DNA of 64,000 nucleotides from Methanomassiliicoccaceae archaeon UBA472 (GTDB taxonomy: Archaea > Thermoplasmatota > Thermoplasmata > Methanomassiliicoccales > UBA472), in assembly GCA_002497075.1 (NCBI GenBank), contig DAML01000026.1, positions 276 through 64,275 on the forward strand, given 5' to 3'. Positions 19,662 to 29,700 of the stretch are shown piece after piece. The notes below the pieces were generated by a model, which made no database searches, was not told the DNA's origin, and saw only the letters and a list, made by a program, of their open reading frames with translations. The first letter of the stretch is position 1. Each line of letters opens with the position of its first letter. The translations under genes were made by a program, and so were the position numbers.

Positions 19662-20070
19662 AATGCTCTTTGAGGATCAGCCGCGTTCGGGTCGATTCGA
19701 CATTATCATAGCGGCGGATGCGCTCGATTATCTCGTTCAACTGGGGGGACGAGGTGACGTCGATGATGGCCACGATGTCCTCCTCGCCGGTAACCTCGTA
19801 AACTTCCGATACGCCTTCAAAGCTGGCTATCTGGTCGGCGATGTCGGATGTGTTGACGTTCACGTCGATCTTCACCTCCACCAGGGCCTTGACGTTCTTG
19901 CTGCTGGTCTTGATGGTGAAGGCCTGGATGATATCCTCTTCGAACAGCTTCTTCACTCGGGAGCGGATGGTGCCCTCGGAAACCTCGAGCTCGTTGGCTA
20001 TCTCCACGAAGGGTCGTCGGGAGTCCTTCTTCAATATCTCGATTATCTTGTCGTCTAGGTGATCGATCAT
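19648..20070 (-). CDS. Lrp/AsnC family transcriptional regulator
   Basis: 140 aa with an N-terminal HTH (LDDKIIEILKKDSRRPFVEIANELEVSEGTIRSRVKKL) plus a RAM/ACT-like C-terminal domain. First gene of the lysine operon. Confidence 0.9.
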   Translation of the reverse strand: MIDHLDDKIIEILKKDSRRPFVEIANELEVSEGTIRSRVKKLFEEDIIQAFTIKTSSKNVKALVEVKIDVNVNTSDIADQIASFEGVSEVYEVTGEEDIVAIIDVTSSPQLNEIIERIRRYDNVESTRTRLILKEHFGAE

Positions 20071-20117
20071 GTCTGCATCCTCCTAGTGTTTTTTTCCGAT
20101 TTCGTATTCGAATCTCA

Positions 20118-20146
20118 GTAAATAGTAAAATATTATTAATATATTC
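20118..20146 (-). promoter_or_regulatory. AT-rich TATA/BRE-like block upstream of the lrp-lys operon
   Basis: agtaaatagtaaaatattattaatatatt lies 48-76 nt upstream of the lrp ATG (20070). AGGAGG (rc of 20079-20084) lies 8 nt upstream of the ATG. Confidence 0.4.
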
Positions 20147-20191
20147 CTAGAAAGCGCGTAAATTGTGATTAAATACGTGTGAAAAATGCCC

Positions 20192-20632
20192 TTACTTGAC
20201 CTTTTGCAGGAAGTTCAGCCACCGCTTTTCATCCGATACTTTGGACATCAGCTCCCTGGCCTTCACGTTGCGGTCCTCCAGCTTGACGTCGCGCAGTTCG
20301 TCCACCGCCCTCAGCAGACCGAGCGCCTCGTGCATCACCCGGTAGGCGGTCTCCCTCTCCATCGGTTCCAGGCGCAGGTCCTTCTCCAGAGACCTGGCCT
20401 TGTGTTCCAAAGCGCTAGCGAGCTCATGTGCGCTGCGCACCGTGTCCTCGTTCGGCTGCATCTCGGTGATGAAACGAAAAACCACGTCCCTCAACGGCAA
20501 TTTTTTTCCGTCCAGCTCCTCTGTGTCCGGTACGTTCTCCCCGACCCAGAACAGCAGCGAATGGAAACGGGAGAGTATCTTCGCCCTCCCCTCGGGAGTC
20601 AAGCAATCCTTGACGCAGGAGTACTCGGTCAT
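20192..20632 (-). CDS. hypothetical helical protein, co-operonic with the AGT-EndoV gene
   Basis: 146 aa with GC3-rich codon usage. The start overlaps the upstream stop by 4 nt. I recognise no family. Confidence 0.5.
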   Translation of the reverse strand: MTEYSCVKDCLTPEGRAKILSRFHSLLFWVGENVPDTEELDGKKLPLRDVVFRFITEMQPNEDTVRSAHELASALEHKARSLEKDLRLEPMERETAYRVMHEALGLLRAVDELRDVKLEDRNVKARELMSKVSDEKRWLNFLQKVK

Positions 20633-21573
20633 GTCGCCGACCGCCTGAACTTGGTCGCCAGACGATGAGCCAAGGCCATGGGATCAGCGGGCAACGACGT
20701 CACGGCGCGGGACACGGAATCCAGGCTCGCCTTATGCCCGACGGAGACGAAGTAGGTGCGCCCATCAATGGTTCGGACCAGCCGTCCGGCCTCCTCACCG
20801 TCCAATAGCAAAGAATCCCCCTTCATCACCCCGGTCAGTATGGACTTGGCCGCGCCTGCCGCGGCGACATCGTGCACCACTCCGAACTGGCAGGCCACCC
20901 CGGCGCGCCTCGGGTGAGCCTTTCCGTGACCGTCGATCAGGTATAGGGTATCCTTTCTCGGTTCGCCCATCACGGCCGTGTAAGGTCGCATCTCGCGGAA
21001 GCCGAGATACCCGGGCACATAAGGGAAGTTCACCGTGCAGCGAACGGTGCGTTCTTCCAGCACGCTGCCTTTACGGTCGACGGCCACCATGGCGGCGAAC
21101 GCTTCGTCCCCGCGGTAGGAGACGTCTAGCGCGGCCAGGCGTTCAAATCGCGTAGCATCCCCTATCTGCGAGACGTGGGAAGCGACACTCCTCTGGGCCT
21201 CGGCCATTCTAACAAGGAGCGGATCGCCCGAGAAAACGGTGAACAAGGAACCTTCCAGGTCCTTGACCCGGTCGGCCAAAATAGCTACGCCTTCGGAACG
21301 CAGCAATTCCCTCTTCTTTTCCGCTCCCTGCCCCATGCCGGTGTACCAACCGGTGCGACCGTCGGAATATATCACCCTGTGGCATGGCACTTTGAACGGC
21401 CTTTCCCGGTCGGCGGACATTATCTGCCCTACCGCCCGGGACGCGGAGATATCGCCTAGCGCCCTGGCGATGGCGCCGTAGGTGCTCACCTTGCCCGGGG
21501 GGATCTGAGCGGCCAGCTTGAACGCTTCTAGGTACAGGTCGTGGTCCTGGAGATGGAACTCCCGATCGATCAT
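20629..21573 (-). CDS. fusion protein: O6-alkylguanine-DNA alkyltransferase-type DNA-binding domain + endonuclease V
   Basis: The N-terminal roughly 105 aa carry GKVSTYGAIARALG and the active-site PCHRV (Cys codon at 21382-21384). The C-terminal roughly 195 aa carry endonuclease V motifs (LDVSY..., FPYVPGYLGFRE, LIDGHGKAHPRRAGVACQFG). Confidence 0.85.
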   Translation of the reverse strand: MIDREFHLQDHDLYLEAFKLAAQIPPGKVSTYGAIARALGDISASRAVGQIMSADRERPFKVPCHRVIYSDGRTGWYTGMGQGAEKKRELLRSEGVAILADRVKDLEGSLFTVFSGDPLLVRMAEAQRSVASHVSQIGDATRFERLAALDVSYRGDEAFAAMVAVDRKGSVLEERTVRCTVNFPYVPGYLGFREMRPYTAVMGEPRKDTLYLIDGHGKAHPRRAGVACQFGVVHDVAAAGAAKSILTGVMKGDSLLLDGEEAGRLVRTIDGRTYFVSVGHKASLDSVSRAVTSLPADPMALAHRLATKFRRSAT

Positions 21574-22076
21574 AGCCGGTCGCGCTCGCCGTAGCGGTTC
21601 CAGCTGAACAGCTCATCGGCCTTCTTGCGGCCTCGGGCGGCAGGCGCCTCATCCGGATAACCCAGGGCCATGCAGACAGTGACGGCGCGATCGGCCGGCA
21701 GTCCGATGAACTCGGCCATCCGGGCCTGGTCGAATGCCCCGAGCCAGCAGGTGCCCAGCCCTTCCTCGACCGCCACCAGCGTAATGTGATCAAGGGCGAT
21801 GGTGAGGTCCACCTTGGCCCACTTCTGCTGCGGGTCGTCTATGCCAATTAAAAAGGCAGAGCAGTCCCCGACGAAGGCCTGGTCCTTGCAGATCGGCACG
21901 ATGTCCTTCAGTCTCTGACGGTCCGTGATCACCACGACCTCCCAGGGCTGCCGGTTCGCTCCGGACGGGGCGATGCGAGCCATCTCCAGAACGTGGTCCA
22001 GCAGCTCCGACGGTATCTCCTTCCGCTTGAACTTCCTGATGCTTCTCCTAGCCTTTATCGCGCTTGTGACTTCCAT
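21570..22076 (-). CDS. nitroreductase family protein
   Basis: 168 aa. The N-terminus AIKARRSIRKF and SGANRQPWE are nitroreductase hallmarks. Confidence 0.85.
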   Translation of the reverse strand: MEVTSAIKARRSIRKFKRKEIPSELLDHVLEMARIAPSGANRQPWEVVVITDRQRLKDIVPICKDQAFVGDCSAFLIGIDDPQQKWAKVDLTIALDHITLVAVEEGLGTCWLGAFDQARMAEFIGLPADRAVTVCMALGYPDEAPAARGRKKADELFSWNRYGERDRL

Positions 22077-22130
22077 ATGTCCCCAACTCAGCGCTATTGA
22101 TATTGAGGTGGAAAGGCATAATTTTTCTGG

Positions 22131-23675
22131 TCAGGCCTCTTCCGCCTTTCCCAGGTCCCGGAGCCAAACCACGGATTGCGGGAAAGGTATCTCGATGCCG
22201 TTGTTGTCGAACCGGCGCAGCAGCTCGGCGCGATAATCGGACGCTACCTTGAACTGCAGGTCCAGGTCCTTGACCCAGATGAAGGCGGTGAAGTTGAGCG
22301 AGGAATCGGCGAAGTCGCTGAAGCGGACCACTGTCTGGTGGTCCGGATCGTCCATTACTTCCGGCAGGGCTTGCGCGGCCTCCGTCATCAAGCGCATGAC
22401 GGTGTCCACGTCGCTTCCGTACGCCACGCCCACGGCAACGGCTATCTTCAGCCGGCGGTCCGGCTGCACCATGTTCACGATCTTCTTGTTGGCGATGTCA
22501 TTGTTCGGGACGATCACCATCTCGTTGGTGAAGGTGTTGTACAGTTCCGTCGCCCTCATGCCGATGTGGCGTACTTCACAAATATCACCGTTGTCGAGAC
22601 GCAATAGATCGCCTATCTTGAAGGGGCGATCGAACATCATCTGCATTCCAGCGAAGAAGTTGGCCAGGGTGGCCTGGGCGGCGTAACCGATGACGATACC
22701 CATGAACCCCAGGCCGGCCAGGATCACGGTGAGATTGTAACCGAATAGCCCGAGGATGACCGCCAGGGCGATTATCGGGATGACTATCAATCCCAGCTTC
22801 TCCAATATCGGCACGAGAACATCGTCCACCTCGGAGTCGGTCTTGGCGGCCAGCTTATGTCCGTAGTACACGATTACCCCGGCGTATATCTTGTAGGAGA
22901 GCCAGGCCATGGCCAATATGAACGCTACGCTGTAAGCGAGCTCCAGATCGGCTATCAGGGTGCGGCTCAGATTGAGGATCTCCAGGGAATTGACCGCCCC
23001 GAAGAGCACCATCAGCAGCAGGACCGGCCCGCGAATTATCTTAAGGATAATATCGTCCAGATCGGTGGCGGTCTTGGAAGTTAAGCGATGCAGTAAAGGG
23101 TCGGCCACTAATATGATGAACAGCGCGACCAGCGCCCAGATGCCAACGCTCACCACGAAGGCGCCGACGTTCCCGTCAAGCGGCCAGGGAAGATCGTTAT
23201 CCCACGTTCCTAGTATCTTGTTGTCCCCGGCTCCCGCGCCGAAGACCGGTACGACAACGAGCCGGACCGTGCTGTTGATCGAGAAAGTGTTGCCCAGTTC
23301 GTTCATCTGGGTTATGTTGAAGCGTACGTCGAATATGATGTTGGAATCTGACATCTCTCTGACCGTGGTCACGGTCATGATGATCGATTCCGATTCCCCC
23401 GGATACAGCGTCAGATAGCTCTGGTCGAAGTCCACCGAGAACTCGCTGTTACTGGAAGGATCGGACGTGGGAGTGATGACGTAGGGAACGGTGTCGTTGT
23501 TGTAGAGGATCCATTCAAAACTGGCTGGAGTGCCAGCGACGGTGGTCAGCTCAGCCTCCCCGACCATGAAACCGTTGACCGGGTCAGCGGAAACGGCTGG
23601 AGCGAGAGCTGCCGTGAAGACCATCAGACCGAGCAAAATGAGCCCGACGAGATAGAGAGCCGTCCGTGACCTCAT
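22131..23675 (-). CDS. mechanosensitive ion channel (MscS family) with large N-terminal extracellular domain
   Basis: A signal/TM segment is followed by a domain of about 150 aa, then TM helices. The MscS beta-domain motif follows (PFKIGDLLRLDNGDICEVRHIGMRATEL). Confidence 0.85.
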   Translation of the reverse strand: MRSRTALYLVGLILLGLMVFTAALAPAVSADPVNGFMVGEAELTTVAGTPASFEWILYNNDTVPYVITPTSDPSSNSEFSVDFDQSYLTLYPGESESIIMTVTTVREMSDSNIIFDVRFNITQMNELGNTFSINSTVRLVVVPVFGAGAGDNKILGTWDNDLPWPLDGNVGAFVVSVGIWALVALFIILVADPLLHRLTSKTATDLDDIILKIIRGPVLLLMVLFGAVNSLEILNLSRTLIADLELAYSVAFILAMAWLSYKIYAGVIVYYGHKLAAKTDSEVDDVLVPILEKLGLIVIPIIALAVILGLFGYNLTVILAGLGFMGIVIGYAAQATLANFFAGMQMMFDRPFKIGDLLRLDNGDICEVRHIGMRATELYNTFTNEMVIVPNNDIANKKIVNMVQPDRRLKIAVAVGVAYGSDVDTVMRLMTEAAQALPEVMDDPDHQTVVRFSDFADSSLNFTAFIWVKDLDLQFKVASDYRAELLRRFDNNGIEIPFPQSVVWLRDLGKAEEA

Positions 23676-23773
23676 CGTTCTTTCCCTGGCAGGCGTTAAA
23701 CTTACCGCCTATATAGGATTTCTCGCCCGTCCCGGTGGCAAACCATTAATCGTCCTTCGTCCCATGACCGGGC

Positions 23774-24655
23774 ATGGAAGAGCTGACCTGGGCCCGGATA
23801 GCGCTGGCCCTGGCCATCATGGTCGCCGCGTCCGTATCCGATTGGCGCAGCCGGACCGCTTCCGACCTTTACTGGTACATCATGGGGGTGGGCGGTTCCG
23901 TCCTTTTCGGGGCCCAGCTTTTTAACGATGGAGAATCGTGGATATACCTGGTCTGCTTAGCGCTGATCACCATAGTGTTCGTGGACCTGCTTCGCGATCG
24001 CCGAGGGATGTTCGAGGACGGCGTGAACGTCGCGCCGCTGCTGCTCTACGTCCTGACTTTACTGGCGTTCGGCTTTCTGAGCCTGGAGCATTTCGGCGAG
24101 GACCGTTATTGGACGATGCTCTCCATACCGCTGCTCATCGTGTTCTTCTTCGTCATGTACCAGCTGGACGTGATCAAGGGCGGCGCGGACGCCAAGGCGC
24201 TGATCGCCCTCTCCCTCGTTTTCCCGATTTACCCGGAGCTTGCCGGCCTGCCGGTGCTGGAGCTGAACGATCCGGCCGCCCTGACCATACTCCCGTTCCC
24301 GGTGCTGGTGCTCTTCAACGGAGCCATACTAACCTTGCTGGTGCCCGTCGGTATGCTGTTGTTGAACGTGGTTCGCCGCGACCTCCGATTCCCACTGATG
24401 CTTTTCGGCACCCGGATGACGATCGAGGACGCAAAGAAAAAGCATGTCTGGCCTATGGAGAGGGTTGCTGAAGGAAAGGTTAGGACGGTATTGTTCCCCC
24501 GTTCAGATGAGGAGATCGATTGGGATTCTCTGCAAGGAGCGGGCGTGGACCGGCCGTGGGTGACCCCCAAGGTGCCGTTCCTCATTCCGCTGACGTTGGC
24601 GGTGCCATTCTCGCTATTGATGGGTAATACGCTGCTGTACCTGATGGGCGCCTGA
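23774..24655 (+). CDS. A24 family aspartic peptidase (archaeal prepilin/preflagellin peptidase-like)
   Basis: Polytopic membrane protein. The first Asp context is VSDWRSRTASD and the second catalytic motif is KGGADAKALIALSL (a GxGD-type variant). It has a C-terminal soluble extension as in FlaK-type enzymes. Confidence 0.7.
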   Translation: MEELTWARIALALAIMVAASVSDWRSRTASDLYWYIMGVGGSVLFGAQLFNDGESWIYLVCLALITIVFVDLLRDRRGMFEDGVNVAPLLLYVLTLLAFGFLSLEHFGEDRYWTMLSIPLLIVFFFVMYQLDVIKGGADAKALIALSLVFPIYPELAGLPVLELNDPAALTILPFPVLVLFNGAILTLLVPVGMLLLNVVRRDLRFPLMLFGTRMTIEDAKKKHVWPMERVAEGKVRTVLFPRSDEEIDWDSLQGAGVDRPWVTPKVPFLIPLTLAVPFSLLMGNTLLYLMGA

Positions 24656-24661
24656 TCCGAG

Positions 24662-25684
24662 CTACCAGATGATGTCCGTTACGCGCCCGCATTTCGAGCA
24701 CGCCCTGTCCTTCACTCCCAGAACCTCGGCGGAGAACCCCGTGCGGCGGACGAGAAGCGAACCGCATTTCGGACAGTAGGTGTTCTCCCCCCGCTCCGTG
24801 GCCATGTTGCCAACGTATACGTAATCAAGACCATGGCCCTTCCCCTCGTTCAATGCCAGTTCCATAGTGGACCGTGGCGTGGGCGGCACGTCCTCCATCT
24901 TGAAATCGGGATGGAAGCGGGAGAAGTGCACCGGCGTCTGCGTTCCCATGCGGTCCCGGACCCATTGGCAGAAGTCGGCGATCTCCTGCTGGCGGTCGTT
25001 CTTTCCAGGAATGATGAGGTATGTCAGCTCGACGTGGATCCCGACCTCCCTGGCCACCTCGCAAGCCCTGAGCACCGGGGCGAGACGGCCCTTGCACACC
25101 TCACCGTAGAAATCCTCCGTGAAACCCTTCACGTCGATGTTCATGGCGTCGATGACCCCCTTCAGGGAACGAAGTGGTTCTTCCTGGATGAAGCCGTTGG
25201 TCACGGAGACGGTGAAAAGCCCGCGCTCCTTGCATAGGCGGCTCGATTCGAGCAAGTACTCGTACCAGATGGTCGGCTCGTTGTAGGTCCAGGCCACCCC
25301 GTTGGAGTTGGCCCGTAGGCACATGTCCGGGACCTCCTCGGGCGGGACGTACTGAGAAAGCCCGCGGTCGAGCCCGACCTGGGCGATGGTGAAGTTCTGG
25401 CAGTGCTGGCAGCGCAGATTGCAGCTCAGTCCTCCGAACGATAGTACTGGCTCCCCGGGCCGGAAGTGGAAAAGAGGCTTCTTCTCCAGGGGGTCCAGGT
25501 GCATCGAGGAAACCAGTCCGTAGCTGATGGCCTTCAACGCGCCGCCAACGTTCTGGCGGACCCGGCATATTCCGACCTTTCCATCCTTGATCAGACAGGA
25601 ATGAGGACATAGCTGGCAGCGCACGGCGTCCTTTTCCCTCTCCCAGAACAGGGCTTCCTTGAGATCAGCGGCGGAAGTGCTCAT
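24662..25684 (-). CDS. AmmeMemoRadiSam-system type radical SAM enzyme (PFL-activase-like)
   Basis: N-terminal Cys cluster CQLCPHSCLIKDGKVGICRVR, radical SAM CNLRCQHCQN and C-terminal CPKCG...CSKCG. Confidence 0.8.
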   Translation of the reverse strand: MSTSAADLKEALFWEREKDAVRCQLCPHSCLIKDGKVGICRVRQNVGGALKAISYGLVSSMHLDPLEKKPLFHFRPGEPVLSFGGLSCNLRCQHCQNFTIAQVGLDRGLSQYVPPEEVPDMCLRANSNGVAWTYNEPTIWYEYLLESSRLCKERGLFTVSVTNGFIQEEPLRSLKGVIDAMNIDVKGFTEDFYGEVCKGRLAPVLRACEVAREVGIHVELTYLIIPGKNDRQQEIADFCQWVRDRMGTQTPVHFSRFHPDFKMEDVPPTPRSTMELALNEGKGHGLDYVYVGNMATERGENTYCPKCGSLLVRRTGFSAEVLGVKDRACSKCGRVTDIIW

Positions 25685-26627
25685 ACCCCTTCGGCTCCAG
25701 TTCCTTTCGGGACCGTCCCCGCTTCAGGACGTTCCTCTTTCCCTCGATGCAGCGCCCGATGACCTTGGCCTCGTCGCCCAGGGCATCCAGGACGCCATCC
25801 GATCCTTCCGGTCCGACCGTGAACAGCAGCTGATAGTCGCCTCCGCCGCACAATGCGAGTTCCAACGGGTCCTTATCGACGAGCTTCGCCAGCCTCACGA
25901 CCTCCGGGTCGATGGGAACGGCGGAGGAATCCACTTCGAAGAATACCCCGCCTGCCATTCCCAGTTCGTGCAAGGACATCGATAGTCCGTCGGAAGTGTC
26001 CATGCAGGAGGTGACACGACCGGTGGATGAGAGCAGGGTACCCTCTTTGATTCGGGGCTGCGGTTCGAAGAGCGCCTTGATCGCTTTTTCAGAACCTACC
26101 TCGTTCTCCAGGGCGATCAAACCTGCGGAGGCTAGACCGGCGGTCCCGGTCATCATGAGCAGGTCCCCGGGACGGGCGCCCTTCCTGGTAAGTAGGCCGC
26201 TCTTTGGAGCGGACCCCAGGGACGTACCGGTAAGCACTAGTTCGGAGCATTCCTTGGTGTCCCCTCCCAGATAATCAGTCCCGAATTGGTCGCAGCAGTC
26301 CGCTGCGCCCTGCACCATTTCCCGGACGTCGCTCTCATCGAGATGCGCCGGCAGCCCCATGGCCATCAGGAACCCGATGGGCTGGGCGCCCATCGCGGCG
26401 ATGTCGCTCAGATTGACGGCCGCGGCCATCCAGCCTTTCTGTTTCCAGGACATGCGGGGATGAAAATGGGTGGCTTCCCAGAGCATATCGGTGCTCACCA
26501 CCAGATATCTGCCCCCGAACTCGATGGCGGCCGCGTCATCCCCTGGACCGAGGCGGGCGGAGGTGCTCAGCATGGATGCTATGGAGCGGACCATGCTTTT
26601 CTCGCCGACATCGCTCAGGCGGGCCAT
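25665..26627 (-). CDS. thiL: thiamine-monophosphate kinase
   Basis: AIR-synthase-like fold motifs: GPGDDAAAIEF, VVSTDM and LSDIAAMGAQP. I chose the start at MARLSDVGEK. Confidence 0.85.
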   Translation of the reverse strand: MARLSDVGEKSMVRSIASMLSTSARLGPGDDAAAIEFGGRYLVVSTDMLWEATHFHPRMSWKQKGWMAAAVNLSDIAAMGAQPIGFLMAMGLPAHLDESDVREMVQGAADCCDQFGTDYLGGDTKECSELVLTGTSLGSAPKSGLLTRKGARPGDLLMMTGTAGLASAGLIALENEVGSEKAIKALFEPQPRIKEGTLLSSTGRVTSCMDTSDGLSMSLHELGMAGGVFFEVDSSAVPIDPEVVRLAKLVDKDPLELALCGGGDYQLLFTVGPEGSDGVLDALGDEAKVIGRCIEGKRNVLKRGRSRKELEPKGYEHFRR

Positions 26628-26708
26628 GGAACATAGAGGGAGACCAAAGCGAATAACCCTTTCTCTCACGGAGCACAGAAAAATAAAAGAAGAGGTTTAG
26701 ATGGGGGC

Positions 26709-29700
26709 CTACTTCTTTTTAAAGTACACCACCGCAGCTACGGCCACCACCGCTATTATCGCCAGGACCGCGATCACCATGACCCAGGGGGTCCCTCCGT
26801 TCTCCCCGCCGTCGTCCGCCGAGACGAGGGTCAGCTCGCCCAGGTCAGTAATGCCTTCTGCCGCCGATTCGACGCTCATCGAAAGGACCTCATACCCATC
26901 GGCATCCACCGTCAGCGTGTAGTTGCCTTCGCCGACCTGTTCGAAGAGGAAGCTGCCCTGTGAGTCTGTGGTGACGTTGTCCCCGTTGCTCAATCGAACC
27001 TCTATCCCTTCCAAGGGATCGCCATCCCCGTTGACCAGCTTGCCTTGGACGCTGCCTACCGACAATGTGCTGAAGGTCCAGGAGGTCGTCATGGAGTTCC
27101 CGGCCAGGTCCGTTCCGGTCACCGTAACGTTGTGGGCGGTGCCATACGCCAGCCTTTGAGAAAGGGTGAGCGTGGCGGTGTTACCGCTCCAATCTACGCT
27201 GCCCTCCACTCCGTCTACTGTGATCTCCACGGAGGTCTGGTTCATGAGCTCCGAGAACTCGACCACGATGAGGGGGCTCAAGGAAGCCTGGTCACCGGTG
27301 GGGGACACCTCCGCCGTAGGGGCGGTCGTATCCACGGTGAAGTTAACGGTCGCGGTTGCGGAGTTGCCAGCTGCGTCAGTGACCTTCACCTCGATGGTGT
27401 GCGCCCCGTCCTCCAGCGAATATATCCATGCAGTTGCCGACCCCAGTTCGGTCCAGTTCCCCCCGTCCACCCTAACGAAGGTGCCGTTAAGGCTGGATGT
27501 GGGGTCCTCGGCCGTCCATTCCACCGTACCGACGGTGTCATTGAGGAGTGCGCCTTCGGCCGGGGACACGATGACCACGACCGGGTCGTCGAGATCCAGG
27601 GTGAAGTTGCCGGACGATATTGCGAAGTTGCCGGCGGCATCGGTGACCTTGACATATACCGCGTGCGGGCCGGCCGTAAGCGCCAGTTTGACGAACTGCT
27701 CCTCGTACACCAGCACCCAAGGTTCTCCGTCGAACCTTATCTGTATCGTTCCCGGATTGACATCAGAGGTGGTCCAGGTCACCGTCACCGAGGTGACGTT
27801 GAACAGCTGCCCCTCCTCAGGAGTATCAATTTCCAGTGTCGGAGCGATAGTGTCCACGATGAAGGTGACGACCTCGTCCCTGCAATTACCCAAAGCATCA
27901 TAGGCGCTCACCATCACCGTATAAGTGCCATCCTCCAGATCGTTGATGGTATACGAGCTGCCAGTGGTGTTGATGGAGAACGATCCCTCCATGCTCACCG
28001 TGTAGTAAGTGATGCCTGTTCCCGCATCGAAGCCCGCCCAGGTGACCGTTACCTCGCTGTTCGCCACGTAACCGCCTTCGGCCGGGTAGGTTATGCTCAG
28101 CGAAGGCGCCTGGATGTCCACCTTTACCGTGACGGAGTCGGAGGACGATCGGCCGGCCTTGTCGTATATGGTCACGGTCAGGACGTGCGAACCATCACTG
28201 AGCCCATTGAAGGTGTAGGTGTTCACGCTGGGCAGCAATGTCACCGGAGATCCGCCCTCCCAGCTGACCTCGTAACGGTCAACTCCGGAACCGATGTCGC
28301 TGCCGTTCCAGATCACCGTGACACTATTGTCGGTGCTGAGGAAGTTGTCGGCCGGGGAATCGATGGTCACGGTCGGGGAGGTGACATCAACGGTGAAGGA
28401 GACCGCCATGTCCAGGTAGTTGCCGACGGCGTCGTAGGCGCTCACCAGCACCGTATAAGTGCCATCGGCCAGATCGTTGATGGTGTACGAACTTCCAGTT
28501 ACGTTGACGAAGAACATTCCCTCAATGCTAACGGCGTAGTAATCGATGCCGGATTCGGCGTCGCTGCCGTTCCAGGTCACCGTGACGCTGCTTCCGAGGT
28601 ACGCACCCTCCGCGGGATAAGTTATTTCCAAGGTCGGGGGAACGACGTCGAGCACCACTGTTATCGAGGCGTTAGCTTCTGATCCGTGAAGATCGACCAT
28701 GGTCACCGTGATGACGTTGTCGCCATCTGCCAGGGGAACGGCGGCCGTCCAGGCGTCCGTGCCGTAGCAGTCACCGGACGCATCGTTGGCGGCATTGTGC
28801 CAGGTCAGATGGTCCACGCCGAAGTAACTGAGCGCAGTTCCGGAAATGTCGACGCTAGTCTCGCCGGTGGCGAACCCGTCGGCCGGGGAGGTTATCGCCA
28901 CGCTTACAGCCAGCGGCAAGAGGTCTTTGCTCGCCCCGCCATCGATCAGGTACGCCTCGTCCACGATGCCATCGCCGTTGGAATCCGGAGAGGTCCAGTC
29001 GGCCCACAGGTTGCCGTACTCTGTATCGTTCCAGAAGTTCTCCCCACTGTCGTACGCCTGAACGTGCGCAGGGTCGTACTCAGATGTCGCGCCATTGTTG
29101 CCGATCAGCACATTGCCGAAGATGTGGTTCCTTGTCGAGGAGGTGATGCTAATGCCATACGCCATGCTGCTCTCGATGGTGTTGTTGGCGATTGTGTTCC
29201 CATAACAGTCGTCGTCTCCAACCCCAGTTAGGATCATGCCGTTGTGGTTGTTTACGAGGGTATTGTCGGCGATAACGTTGTTGTACGACCGGTACTCAAA
29301 ATACATACCCGCCATGCTGTTGTCCTCGCAGGTGTTGTTGATCACCCTGGAATCGTACAGCGGCCCTTGCACCCAAATTCCGTACACGTTGCCGATGCAG
29401 GTGTTGTTGGCTATCACGTACCGCGCTTTATCATACCAGATGTTGTTGATCTCGATCCCTTTATCAGCGTTGTTGCTGAAATCGTTCCCTTCCATACGAA
29501 TATCATCCCCACCCGAGATGGATATCCCATAGTCGGAACCCATGCAGGAATTGTTTGTTATGTTATTGTTAGAAGATGATACCACGTTGATGCTCCTGCG
29601 AAGCCCCATGAAATAATTGTTGTAGTTCAGCTCATTGAATGATATGCTGTTGAAATTGGAGCCATCCATGATCAGACCAACACCATTGTGTTCGCAGATG

